Below, one piece after another: positions 36,036 to 47,608 of a DNA stretch of 64,000 nt. The notes beneath the pieces are model-generated. The model had not been told where the DNA came from. It saw only the letters and a list, made by a program, of their open reading frames with translations, and did no database searches. Every line of letters starts with the position of its first letter. The stretch's first letter is position 1. The translations under genes and the position numbers were made by a program. Source of the DNA: Anthoceros angustus (taxonomy: Eukaryota; Plantae; Anthocerotophyta); assembly GCA_010909165.1 (NCBI GenBank), contig MU008204.1:17810-81809 (forward strand), given 5' to 3'.

Positions 36036-37679
36036 CGAGGTCTATTCCATCTTGGACATATTACGGTCTGTGAAAATGGATGGTCCCATCCACCATATTC
36101 CATTGGCTAAAGACCCGTCTCGAATTTGCTTCATCAAGGTCTTCCAAGTTCAGAGGCATATGTACAAACGTTTTACCACCAGTGGCATGTACCATGTACC
36201 GGCTCGAGGAACCACATCAGTTCTCTGTGCCCCTTTCAGAGGAGCAAACCTCGTTTAACATGAACGAAAAAGGCTGAGAACTCACTTCCTGAAACGGATG
36301 CCCAGAAACTTCTGGAGGACTTATTACTCCATAAAACAGAGCCGGGCGCTCACGTTCAGCATGGTTTCCTGTGCCACTTGGCAAACCACCACTCTGTTTC
36401 CAGCGCCACATCCGTCAAGTTCTTGCGGTCGCATCAGAACCATCACATTTTGCAAGGTTTGACGACAAACAATCCAGGTTCAAACAGCTGTCCTCTTCCA
36501 AGTGCACTTCACCGCATCGGAAAGTGAAAGATGTCGGCTACATGCGTCCACCTCCGATTCTTTTTAATTAGTATTTTGAAACTAAATCAAAACAAAACCC
36601 GGGGGAGAAATCTCGATAGGTGGAACCGCGAGAGCCGAGGACCTGGTTTGACGACCAAAATAGCTTTGGATGAGCCAGGCGGGAGTCGTTTTGCTTGCTT
36701 GATGTGTCACAACGTCGGGGCTACTCCGAGTTCTACTAGAAGAAGAAGTCTGCATTCTACCCTGGATAAATGTGTCTTATATAAATATTAATCTCTCTGA
36801 AATTATCATTTCTGATCTACTCCCAAAATTTTTTAAAAAGTTTTTGGATAAGTGTCGGATGTTAACCTGAGGGAAAAACGGACTTCATAATATTATGCTA
36901 ATAAATATTAAAATATTATTATATCTTAAAATATATGTTATTAACTAAATATGGTATTCCGAAGATAAGACTCATTCTAACATATTATTTAAACTAAAAT
37001 ATCATAATGATTATGAGTTAATTAAGGTTTATTGTTGTGTATTGGTTTATTAAATAATTGAAAAATATAATATAATTATGGATACATGTTTGTTACACTT
37101 GGATAATTGTCATGCCTATATTTACTCCTGTATAGCGGACTGTATTATGGTCCACTTGGATGGAATCTTTCTATCATGGGACGTGGTACTTAAGAACTAG
37201 TACCATGGTGTGAATAAGCGCACACCTAAGCTACATGCACCAAGGGCATCCACACTCCCTTTAAACACTCCATTTAAGAATGCTAACAAAAATGTTCTTA
37301 TAAGAAGAAGAAGAATTTTATTGACGTGCACTAAGAATTAAATTCCATTTATGTGAGTCCACTATAAATGTGTGTCCATTTAGCTTGTGTGGAATACCGA
37401 TCTGGTCACGCGGCATCCACATGTTTTTAGGTTGTGGATGTGTGGTTCGGTGTCCCGATGTCGCCAACCTACCCCATAATGCACGAAAAGATTTCACGGT
37501 ACACAGAAACTTTTCTTCTCTTGGGTTTAGGGTTGCATTTAGGTCATTTGCGTTGCCGCGCCATTCCGGCACGCAATATTCCATCTCTGGTCACGCGGCA
37601 TCCACATTTCTTTAGGGTTGTCAACGGTTGCGTTAGCAACCGCTGGCCTCACATGTTTCGTCTCCTAAGAGACGCAGGG

Positions 37680-37965
37680 TCACTCTGAGCGGGCACAGAT
37701 GCAGCATGAGGAACAAGGTGTTGGATGTCTGGGCCATCTGCCGTGTTGACTAGTGGATGCTAGATTCAAATGACTATCATCTTCTGGTCTCAAGCTGTCC
37801 CATACATCCAACTGCAAGCATAACAGAAGCATCTTAGTAGTCAACCACACTGAAACATAGGGACTGCACCCACAGCCTCTCCTTACTGCACATACGGTGA
37901 AAACAACACGTCTAAGCGGAGGATTTGCATTCAGTTTCTCGGCCAATGCGGGCCATACTTGCGAA
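37680..37965 (-). pseudogene. Small spliced gene fragment of unknown function
   Basis: Exon-like VWPALAEKLNANPPLRRVVFT, an intron gtatgt...ttgcag (~37813-37894), then LDVWDSLRPEDD. Confidence 0.3.
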
Positions 37966-40034
37966 CAAAAATTTGTGTATGCGTGTCTTGCCCGCCTGTT
38001 TAACATGAATGTGTGGTGATCGGATCGAAACCCTAAAACCCTAAACAAGAAAACATGTGCATGACACAATCAGAACACCAGGCCTATGATCGTATCATAC
38101 AAAGTTTTTGCCCTGCGTACGAACTGATGTGATACGTATTATATGTGTATTGTATGCAAGTATCTAAAAGATGCCGTGGCATATTTCCGTAGCGTACACC
38201 CCCAAAAAAAAAAAAGTCTCACACACGCTCCCGTGTGACCAGATCGCTATTCCATAGCCTAAGAGCCATTTGGATACGCATCTTACTAGCGGGGATTTTA
38301 CATTTCTTTATTTTATTTTATTTTCTTAAAGTTGAAGGTTCCATTTGTCAGTGCCATGCCATGCTGCATGCATACATGAATTTCAAGAGAAGGTTGAACT
38401 TGCCAAGTTCTGGTCCCTCCCTCGAGTAGGCCTGAGACAAGGTTCCCTTTTACGCAAGCACATCCCTATGCTTCTCAGTATCACGGTCTTTCCATGTGTA
38501 TCTGATCTCCGCACCCGGACAGCCCTCTGGTAGCGACAGCGGCTCCAAGATCTGCTTTGATTACTCTAGCACATAATCCCAGCTCGATTCGAGTGTCTTC
38601 CTACTAGTCACGGCAATGTAGAGATACCGATCTGGACTCCGGGAGCAGACGAGATTCTTGTTTTGAGCTGTTCACGTGTTCCGTCTGTCGACCTTCTCTG
38701 CCTTGCCATGACAGCGTGACTCCTCGTCTCATATGTAAGTTGTTCTTTGGCCTGCGGGGTTTCGGACTAGCTTCTCACGATGCTCCGTCTATGTGCTACT
38801 GCTGTAACGGTACCTGTGGAAGCCAGGGGGAATCTTTGCTCTTACTCGGCCACGGGCCACGGCTACATGTACGCCATGACCACCAACCTGCCGAGGAAAC
38901 CAGACTTCCCGATGGCCTGCAATTGGCAACCCCGGCCTGATGGTGAAGACTCGAAGAGGATGCTCCGGCACAAAAGTCTGTCTTCTCCTACTGGCTCTGG
39001 AGGGTGTGGATCAATAACACCATTTTCCGTGCAAAGCGCAGCCACAATTCCTGGTTTACAAACCTCGTGTCCACATTTACATAAACGGCTAGGTCGTGGT
39101 GGTCACGGGTCATTGCAGAGGAAGGTGGCGCGTCACGACCTGGTTGTTCGCAGGGCAATCACGGGTCGTGACCGGAACTGGTCAGGAGAACCGTTATGCC
39201 CTAATCACCAACCTAACCACGGGCTAACACCATGGGATAAATGTAGGAAATATTTACAGTCTAGCGAAAGTAGCGGGCGGAGGAGTTTCCGTCGCAAGGC
39301 GGACAGTGCGGAGATCAGGACCAGCTCAGATTGTCGTCGAGCGCGGGCGCGCTGTGCCCTCTTTCCAGCTCCAGATTGGCTACCCGGCCTTAGCTCGTAT
39401 CCTTCCGCAGGCCCCGAATCCATGCTTTCTGCGGTTCTGCTTACGGACATGACTGCTGCGATTGTTGAGTGATTGCTGTCGTCTCAAGAAGCGCCGCATT
39501 CGGGATCGGAGTGCTACAGCATCTTCTTGTCGGGAGATTTGTTGCGCAAGAAGGCACAGCAACGGCCTGCTGCTTCCTCAGTCGATCGGGGAAGGATTTC
39601 CTGAAGAGGTGATAATCTTGAGAGAGAAGGGCGTGTCGTCGGGCTGGCCCCACGGGCTGCATAGAGTATTAAATCTGGAGGATTCCCGGGCGCAAGGTGG
39701 AATACAGGTGTTGCTTCTGATCTGTAGCGGGATTTGGAGGCTTCTGTGGTGGGGGATGGAGGAGGTTGTGTAGTGCTGTACGGGGGAATCCCGTTGAAGG
39801 TGGATCCGAGGCTGTTAGCAGGGTTTGAATTTCCCGATTCGTGATCTCGGAGTGTCACGGGTTTGGGACACAAGCCGCAAGCTGGTTTCAGGAGCTGTGA
39901 GAAGAGAACTTGATGTGGAGGCAATCGCGGACAGGAATCTCCTTGCCAACCAGGCAGGGCAGGGCTGTGCTGGGAGCAACAAGAGCTCAGAGATGTGAGG
40001 GGATGTCGGGATAAGCAATGCCAGCTGAGCTTAC

Positions 40035-40562
40035 GTGTTGAGGTGCGAACCTGTTTGTGAAGTATGCTGGATCTTCTGTTGCCGTGTACGCGTGTTGAAC
40101 CTGGGCTGGGTAGGTCAGCTGTGTCTTGCTGGAATCGAAATCTTGGCTTTTGTCATGGCTAGTGCCACAAACTTTGTTTTCGGAGGAAAGCTGTGTTTGT
40201 GTCCTAACCAATTTGGACTTTTTGTTGACACAATGCAATGCTTTCATCCTTCCCTGATCTGTCAAATTGGTGTGCTGCAGTGCTACTTGGAAGCGCGCAC
40301 ATTCTTCGGTATCACATCCCTCACCATGAGTGAGCATCTTGTGATTCTGACCGTCATTGTGTTCGTTCTTGTGGCAATCAAGCAAGCATTCTTCACCGTA
40401 GAGCTCGATGGATACTTTGAAGCTGCCTCAAGCCAAGCAGTTTCCTCAGTACAGAACTTCTTCATGTTCTTTTTCCTTGCCATTGTGGGTATAAACCTCT
40501 TTCTGGCCATGAACACTTTTAGCTCATACGAGAAGAAGTACAGAGAGCAACGGCGATGGTAG
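40035..40562 (+). CDS. Putative multi-pass membrane protein, C-terminal part; 5' structure unresolved
   Basis: Hydrophobic segments HLVILTVIVFVLVAIKQAFF and NFFMFFFLAIVGINLFLAM with a basic tail. Family not recognised. Confidence 0.45.
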   Translation: MLRCEPVCEVCWIFCCRVRVLNLGWVGQLCLAGIEILAFVMASATNFVFGGKLCLCPNQFGLFVDTMQCFHPSLICQIGVLQCYLEARTFFGITSLTMSEHLVILTVIVFVLVAIKQAFFTVELDGYFEAASSQAVSSVQNFFMFFFLAIVGINLFLAMNTFSSYEKKYREQRRW

Positions 40563-40916
40563 AACGGCTCGGCTCGGTGCGCGTGGAGGCAGCAGAATGC
40601 TATTTAAAATTCCTAGGTAGAGCGCTGGAGATTTGTACCTGCATATGAACAATCAGCGGACCAGGTGGAGGCATTGCTAATTGTTTGCTCATGTTAAAGT
40701 TACCATGCCAAACTCTTATTTAATCATTGCTCACTTCTCTTATTTCAATTATTATATAACTTTTTATTTAATAGTATATTTTACATTTTATGTCTTATAC
40801 TAACAGTATATAATATTAATATATAAAATCTCATACTAATACATGCTCACATTGGAATAGAAGTCTCTAGGTTAGACTTACAAAATGTTTAGACGACACC
40901 AACATCCTGGTTTACT

Positions 40917-41103
40917 GGGAAAAGAATACTTTATTATTAAAAAAAATAGAAAAATCCTTCCACCCAAAAACAAAGGGGGAAAAACCCAACGAAAGGCACC
41001 ATGCCAGGGGGACTAGCTCCCTCGATCACGCATTGGCACCATGCCAGGGGGACTAGCCCCCACGATCACACATTTCAGAACTACCCACCACCCGAAGAAC
41101 GAG
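40917..41103 (-). mobile_element. 187-bp 5'-truncated retro-insertion (CRE-like 3' end) with a 19-bp TSD
   Basis: accaacatcctggtttact at 40898-40916 and 41104-41122. On the minus strand the insert reads VLRVVGSSEMCDRGG* gtccccctggc (compare DILGAVGSFKVDIWGA* tcccccttggc at 18020-18083) and ends with AATAAA. Contains an internal 40-bp tandem duplication. Confidence 0.75.
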
Positions 41104-44024
41104 ACCAACATCCTGGTTTACTCGCGTTTGAAGGATGCCTTCTTTTGCAAGTCTGTTATTGCTTTTAGGAGCCGACCTGTCCCCGCAGCTCAGTTTCTCT
41201 ATTTGATCTCTTCTAGCCAATATTCAGCAAGTTTATTATATCATGTAGGTTTTGGAGCTTATTTAAACGCAATCCATGTTTACCAAAAAATATAGCTCTA
41301 CAAACTTGTTGAGTATCCAAGTCTGGCATAGGATCCTATGCTTGCTTCCTTCAAGCGGTGCTTAATTAAGGTAAGACAGGTCGGCTGCCATTTAACAGCA
41401 AAAGAAGAAGCAGCTCACAACAACCTCCAGACACATAAGGAACTGGATATAGTGCACAGGAATACATTCATGCCTTCAACCCATGGCTGATCAATGACTA
41501 CTTTCATATGGACCACGGCTTTTTTGCACCTGTCCACAATTCTCTTGCAACAGGCTGCCCTCGGGAATATTCTGATATTTCTCCTCTCTTCTACATGTGC
41601 TAGTCCCTTGCTGCCTACATGGAACGTGGAGCAAGCTATCTAATACCTCTATCCCTGAACGTGTGACATGAGAAATCACCTGCAATGTAATAAAGCAGAA
41701 CTGTGAAAACGGGCACTAGTTATGCCAAACGACCAATGCCATTTGCAAATGCAACAGCACTTCCCACTACCCCACTAGGGTCCATTGGACCACGAATATT
41801 TCACGGTTTTAATTTTTACTATTATCATTGGTAACTTTTTTTTATCGTCCCAAGGACGGGCACGCCAAACTTCCTTGAGTGAGTCCTTCAGCATGGGACG
41901 TTAGTTAAATAAAAACTTGACTTGGAAAACTTACAAAATTTCGAAGAGAGATAATGTACTTCATCATCATAAATGAAAACAAAACATGAAAAAAGAATAG
42001 AGCTTCCATCAATAATCGAAGATAAGAATAAAAGCACAAATAATAAAGAATAGATTGATTTACACACTATTGGAGAGGAGAAAAGAAGTTTTGATCAATT
42101 AATCCACCACAATCAATAAAAATGCAGTAGTCTACTTAAGAATAGGTTAATCTACTATTATAGAAGAGAATAGAAATCTCTTTCAACTATCAAACGAACA
42201 TTGAAGATATTAACGAAGAATTCTATTTTCTGATATTTCATTGGTATGAAATATTTTGAAAAATATTCAAATGTATGGAAAAAGTTCTCTACCAATTGTT
42301 TCACCTATAAACAAGTATTTTTCTATAATAATAATTTATAGTACATTTGAATCAATATTGTGATATGAAAAAGTCACTTCGCTCCTTCATGACCTTCTCA
42401 TCAGTGATTTCAGGGGGTTGCGAGTGTCATTGCTCGAGAAACAGCTTGGCCAAGCTTTTCAGTTCATCCTCTTAAGGACCCCTCCATCCCCAGGCGCACA
42501 AGAGCTAGGCTCTGCTCTTGCTTTGGGAAGGGCGCAAATGCTTGGGTTCTAGCTCGTCCACACATATGGGCCCGGTTTTTCACATCCCACCAACCTCCTT
42601 CATTACTGTGGCACGATTCCGTGTTGGCTTAGTTCAGTCTGTGGCTTCTTTACTAATGCAGCTTTGCCCTTGTAGGATACATTTTGCTTGTTGCTCCCAA
42701 GGGGGTCAACGCATTGCCACCCATAACGCCATTCGTAATATCATGTTCGCTATAGCCCGCGAAAGCGGCTACATGGCTTGGAGGGAGCAGTGATACACTC
42801 TTTATACAAGTCGGTCACTCATGGCCAACTTGTATCTCATTCGCGACGACCAAGTTTCAGTGGCGGACGTGGTCACTAATCCTGCGCATGACACCACCTC
42901 TACTTAGGTTATCACCAACCATCCAGGTTGGGCTGCTGGTGATGCAACGGCTCTCAAGGTCAGAAAATTTGACGTTTTCGCTCACCTTAGAGACGTATGG
43001 GACAATGGTTGAGGACTTCAATAAATCAAGTCCTGCGCCAAGCCTACCATGCCCGCAGGCACGGGGTGGGGCTGTCCCTCTTTTACTTTACGGCAGCCTT
43101 CAAACAGCATATTTCCATTGCTCATCAACGGGCACTCGCAATGGCGATCCTCCACAATGCAGCAGGTGATGCATTCTCCTTTTCCTCCGTAGGTTGTAGG
43201 CCGTTTACTCTTCTTGCATATGATATTGTTGGCGCAATAAGTGACTTTAGATGGGGAAACAACATAATATTTGAAGCGGCTCAATATACAAGAAGGGGCT
43301 TATGGGGTACATATACGGTGAAGGGGCTTCTCGATGGGCAGCGAAATGGGGTTTTGCCCGTTATGGTAACGCCAATGTTTGGAAAAGTAGGGTCTAAGAT
43401 ACAGCCCTAAGTGTATACATATGTGTTCTAGTGTTCAGCGATGGTCGTTGACTTCCATGGTCACGTAGTTTTCTCAGAAATATGCCATTTGTGCGGGTGA
43501 TGGAAGGTGAAATATGGATAAGTTTAGGGTATGAGATTTGAAACATGGGGAAGAGAGCCTCCCCGTGATTCGGAATACCATCCTTGAGGGTTTGTTATGG
43601 CTCTACTTCATTGAGCTTTACTGTGTCAAGATGTGTGGGGAAGCTCGCGGTCGGCGCGGTAAGCGGCATGCATGCGGCGCCAACTCTTTAGTGGTCTTGA
43701 CTACAAAGCGTTTGAATCAATGACAATGGCGATAACTAAACAGTGGTTTTGGTTTAAACCCTTCATAAAAGCGACAAGAAAAGAGATTTGCATTCATGCA
43801 GATGGAGGAATTCAAATGTGTAATATAATAGATAGCTTATGTCCGAAGATAATAATGGGCGCTGGCATGCCGCTGCCCATTGCCTATGCCACGATGATCA
43901 AATATGACTTTCACCGACAGACAATACCCCAATATGCCCACTATGTAAGAATCGTTACATGGGCATATGCTAAAGACAGAAATGCAAGTCCTGGCATTGG
44001 AGTTGCTGTATTACGACTGGTTGA

Positions 44025-45599
44025 TCACTCTTCGCCAGAGTCTAGACCTTCTCCATTTACCTCCTTCTCCTCGTTACAATCGTCATCGCTTTCATCTTGG
44101 ACATCAGGAGTGCATGGTTGCAGATGGGGACGAAGGGCACTCGACTTCTCCCTAATTACTTTCTTATCGATGCATATAGATGTTTCCTTGAGTTCAACTT
44201 GAACCCATAATAGGCGATAACCGCTTTGCGAACGAAGATTATGGATGTTTGGAGGTCTTGAGTTTTTCCCCTTTTCCTTTCGATCTTTGGTGCTTGGTGT
44301 GATTGTTCTCAGACGTATTCTCCAACATACTTGCCCTCGTAAGCTGTACTCTGTTCTCCACCAATGCACACGTAAGAAAGGGTCTGCGAGTTCGGTGCAC
44401 ACTTACAACCTTTGCAAACCAAAATGCTGTTATGAGTGTCTCCCTCGCGAGGAGTGACAATGAACATGCCTTCAATCTCCATGACATCCCCATTCATCCT
44501 TGCCACCTCCTCTTGGCGTTGCAAGCTCGGTGAGCTCCCAAATACATATCTCTGTGGTACTTCTCGGAGTAATGCTTCGTCAAGAATAGCCTCGCCACGA
44601 CGTGCTGGGACACAAGTAACTCCGCCAAGTCCTCATACCATTTCCATCTGCTCGCAAGACTAGTCCAATGTTGTTGTCCACAATAGTTGCGATCTCACTC
44701 TGATCCTTCGAATTCAATCCACCACTCCTCTTCATCCGCATTCAAATATGTTGGCAGCTTGAGCAAGCCCTTCCGTAGGTGGTCTACGCCGCATGCCGTG
44801 AGCCCACCTTCACTCCCTTTTGTCTTTTGCACGAAGGGCCATCAATGGTGCAGTCCAATAACTGCGAACTGTTAGGAACTCAAGCCATCTTGGTTTCCCA
44901 CCGTGGAGAAGTAGAATCTGTTTACCAGATGATTGTAACTTTTCAGCGCTAATCATCTTCCCTTGTAATTTTGAATTGATCTTTGGAGCGAGAGGTTGTT
45001 CAAGCTGTAACATGACTTTAAATTGGTGCCCACTCAGTTGTGTTTTGTTACTCCTGCCGCAATCCCCTTTGCTTGTTTTCTGCCTTTTGTGAAGTGGTGA
45101 GGAGTCGCTGGGAGTATGGACCCCCTCCTTGGAAGGGTGGGCGCCGGCATGCCGGCGCCCCTCTTCCTCACCCTCCTCGTCGAGGGGGGCGCCGGCATGT
45201 CGACGCCCCTCTTCTTCTCCATGCACGAGAGGCGCGGCATGCCGGCGCCCCTTCTTCCCCATGTTCGCCATGGCGCCGTCATGCCGGCGCCCACCCTGCT
45301 CGTCTGCGCTGTCCACTCTACCCTCAGTACGGGCTTCCACACCACCCAAAGTGCTAGGGTGTCTCCGACCTTGGGATCAAGTAAGGCGCAGTCAAGGCCC
45401 CGCCTCTTCCTCTCGATATATGGGATAGTAAGCATATCCATTGACGCCCCAGGGAGATCCATCCTGACCTCCCCACCACGACCTTCTCCCCATGCCCCGA
45501 AGCCTCATCATCTGAATGTCCCAAAACATCCGGGACTGGCCCATCTTCTTCATCCGATGGCCCAAACTCATTCTCCTCTTCGTCATCAACAAATGCCAT
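44025..45599 (-). pseudogene. Degenerate transposon ORF of unknown function, divergent from the MTase
   Basis: Acidic N-terminus MAFVDDEEENEFG, GRRHAGAP repeats, and frameshifted blocks such as KLPTYLNADEEEWWIEF, AFWFAKVVSV and FLRVHWW. No clear DDE triad. Confidence 0.4.
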
Positions 45600-45949
45600 T
45601 TCTCCTTGTGCAAACACACAAGTCCTTGGCGCGTTATCCGATATGAAACCTCCCACCTGTGAGTTTTGATGGAGGAGGTAATGGCTTCGCATAGTTTTCT
45701 GTACACTGCGCTTCCAGCCTGAACAGACCAAACCAGGATCAGCAAGAGAAAGAGCTGGCAAGGTGAAGCGTTTCCCCATTTTGAAACAACAAGCAATGCT
45801 AAAAAAAGGTTGCGTTGGGTAGCACTCACACTCTCAGCTCGCACCGCTTCTCGAAATTTCAGAGACAAGGCTCGCGGCTCACACTTGCGGGCATTGAAGT
45901 TGGCCAGACTCACTGTAAACACACTATAATCTTCTATTGTTACTGGAAG

Positions 45950-47608
45950 AGTGTTGAATTCATATCGAGGGGACGCAAAGTCGGACGCAAGTTAATGGAG
46001 TTTTTGTGAAGCCCAAAGAGATGCAGGGGAAGCCGTGGCGAAGCTTTCAAGGAATCCCTTCTGGAGAGTCAGGACAACATATGTTGATAAGTGCCACGGA
46101 GAAAGTACTGAGTGGCCTCTTGGACCTAAACGGAATGTCGAAGGAAGTTACACTCCGGAAGAAATTTCACGTCATTCAGGTGGCAATGGCAAAACATCTG
46201 GGTTGTGACTCATTCGAAATGGTGAGACAAGAATACCCTCAACACTCCTCAGACGAAGTTATTGCAAGATTTCAAACCGCATTTGAGGGCAAGGTAACCA
46301 TATTTCCTTCCATTCCGTGCACCAGAGGCGCCTGCCCGGCGCCGCTAAGGCCTTCCAGTCTCTCACGCTAACCCATGATGTTTGTCATTCCATGCAGCAA
46401 GTGAAAGATGTTGAGGACCTAAAGAAATTACGATGATTTTCAAGCCTTTATTCTCGAGGTCCATACATGGAAGGGACTTGAAAATGAGCAAAGAGCGCCA
46501 GCGATATGGACATGGAGGAAGGGCTTCAATCGTTCATAGTGCCAAAAGCAGAGGACATTGTCAAGTACGGTCATTTCTAGAGATGCGCAGGCGAGGGGTT
46601 TCTAAGGGTCAAGTACACCACGATGGTCATGGACGTACCAGAGGATTCAACAGAGGTAAACATGATGTGAAGTTAGACCACTTTCAATTGGGAAAAATAT
46701 TTCACCTGCTCCATGACATGACCATTGCCGGAGATGAGAATGATAGTGATGCATGGTGTTGAAGAGCAACATGTTGTGAGGGAGGCCATGCGAAAGTGGT
46801 GCAGGGGAGGAGGGTTGGTGTCTTTTGTATGGGACAAAACGAACATGCACAACGACTTGGGTGGGTATGACACTATGGAGTACATCACGATAGGATGGGG
46901 GTTAACATCAGACAGTCAAAGGTCAAAAATCTGCATGATCCCTACTAACATCCATGGGTCTTTCAATAATGGGCGGGCAGTCATTGGCCACCCTACAGTG
47001 GTGAAGAAGTTGCTGTACACATCATTGGACAAGCTGGTGGTCTGTGCTTACCAAAGGCCTTTGGCTTTGATGATGAAGCTCATCAAAAGTTTCTCGAAGG
47101 AGGGGGACTGGATTTTGGATGTTTGTGCTGGTAGCGGGTCAACAACATTGGCAACTTTGCTCTGCGGGCGCAACTGCATTGCAATCAAGGTGGACAAGAG
47201 GTGCGCAAAGTTCATTCCCCAGAGAATCCATGGGTACGAAGTTCTCCCAGACGCAGAAGAGGAGTTGAATCATGAGCCACATCGTCAAGGACCGACCCAG
47301 TTCTGGGCAAAAGAGGTTAGTTTGTCTGAGAAGGATGGGTCACAGTCGCAGGTTGTGCGTTTGGCCGCCAGCAGAATGAAGGAGAAGTCCGGCGACCTCC
47401 TAGACGTTGGGCGGCGAACTGGGTGTATGGCAACACGACTCCGGCCGGCGGAGATGACCATGCCTCCGAAGACAATGCCATGGAGGAAATTGACAACTTT
47501 GAGGACAAGGAGCACACTCGACTGAAAGGACTTGAAGTAGTCATGGATAGCGTGTCTGGACAATTTCCTTCGGAAACTCAAACCGGCATGGAAGACCATA
47601 GTACTTAA
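45950..47608 (+). pseudogene. Beta-class N6-adenine/N4-cytosine DNA methyltransferase (N6_N4_Mtase-like), one intron, frameshifted
   Basis: Motif IV-like TMVMDVP-x-GFN at ~46620-46650 precedes YQRPLALMMKLIKSFSKEGDWILDVCAGSGSTTLATLLCGRNCIAIKVD (motifs X/I/II, 47049-47195). GT-AG intron 46294-46397 with a ctaac branch site. Confidence 0.8.

Noticed and set aside
45950-47608. MTase as bacterial contamination
   Set aside because: It has a GT-AG intron with a branch site and lies within TIRs and a TSD nested in a eukaryotic retroelement between plant genes.
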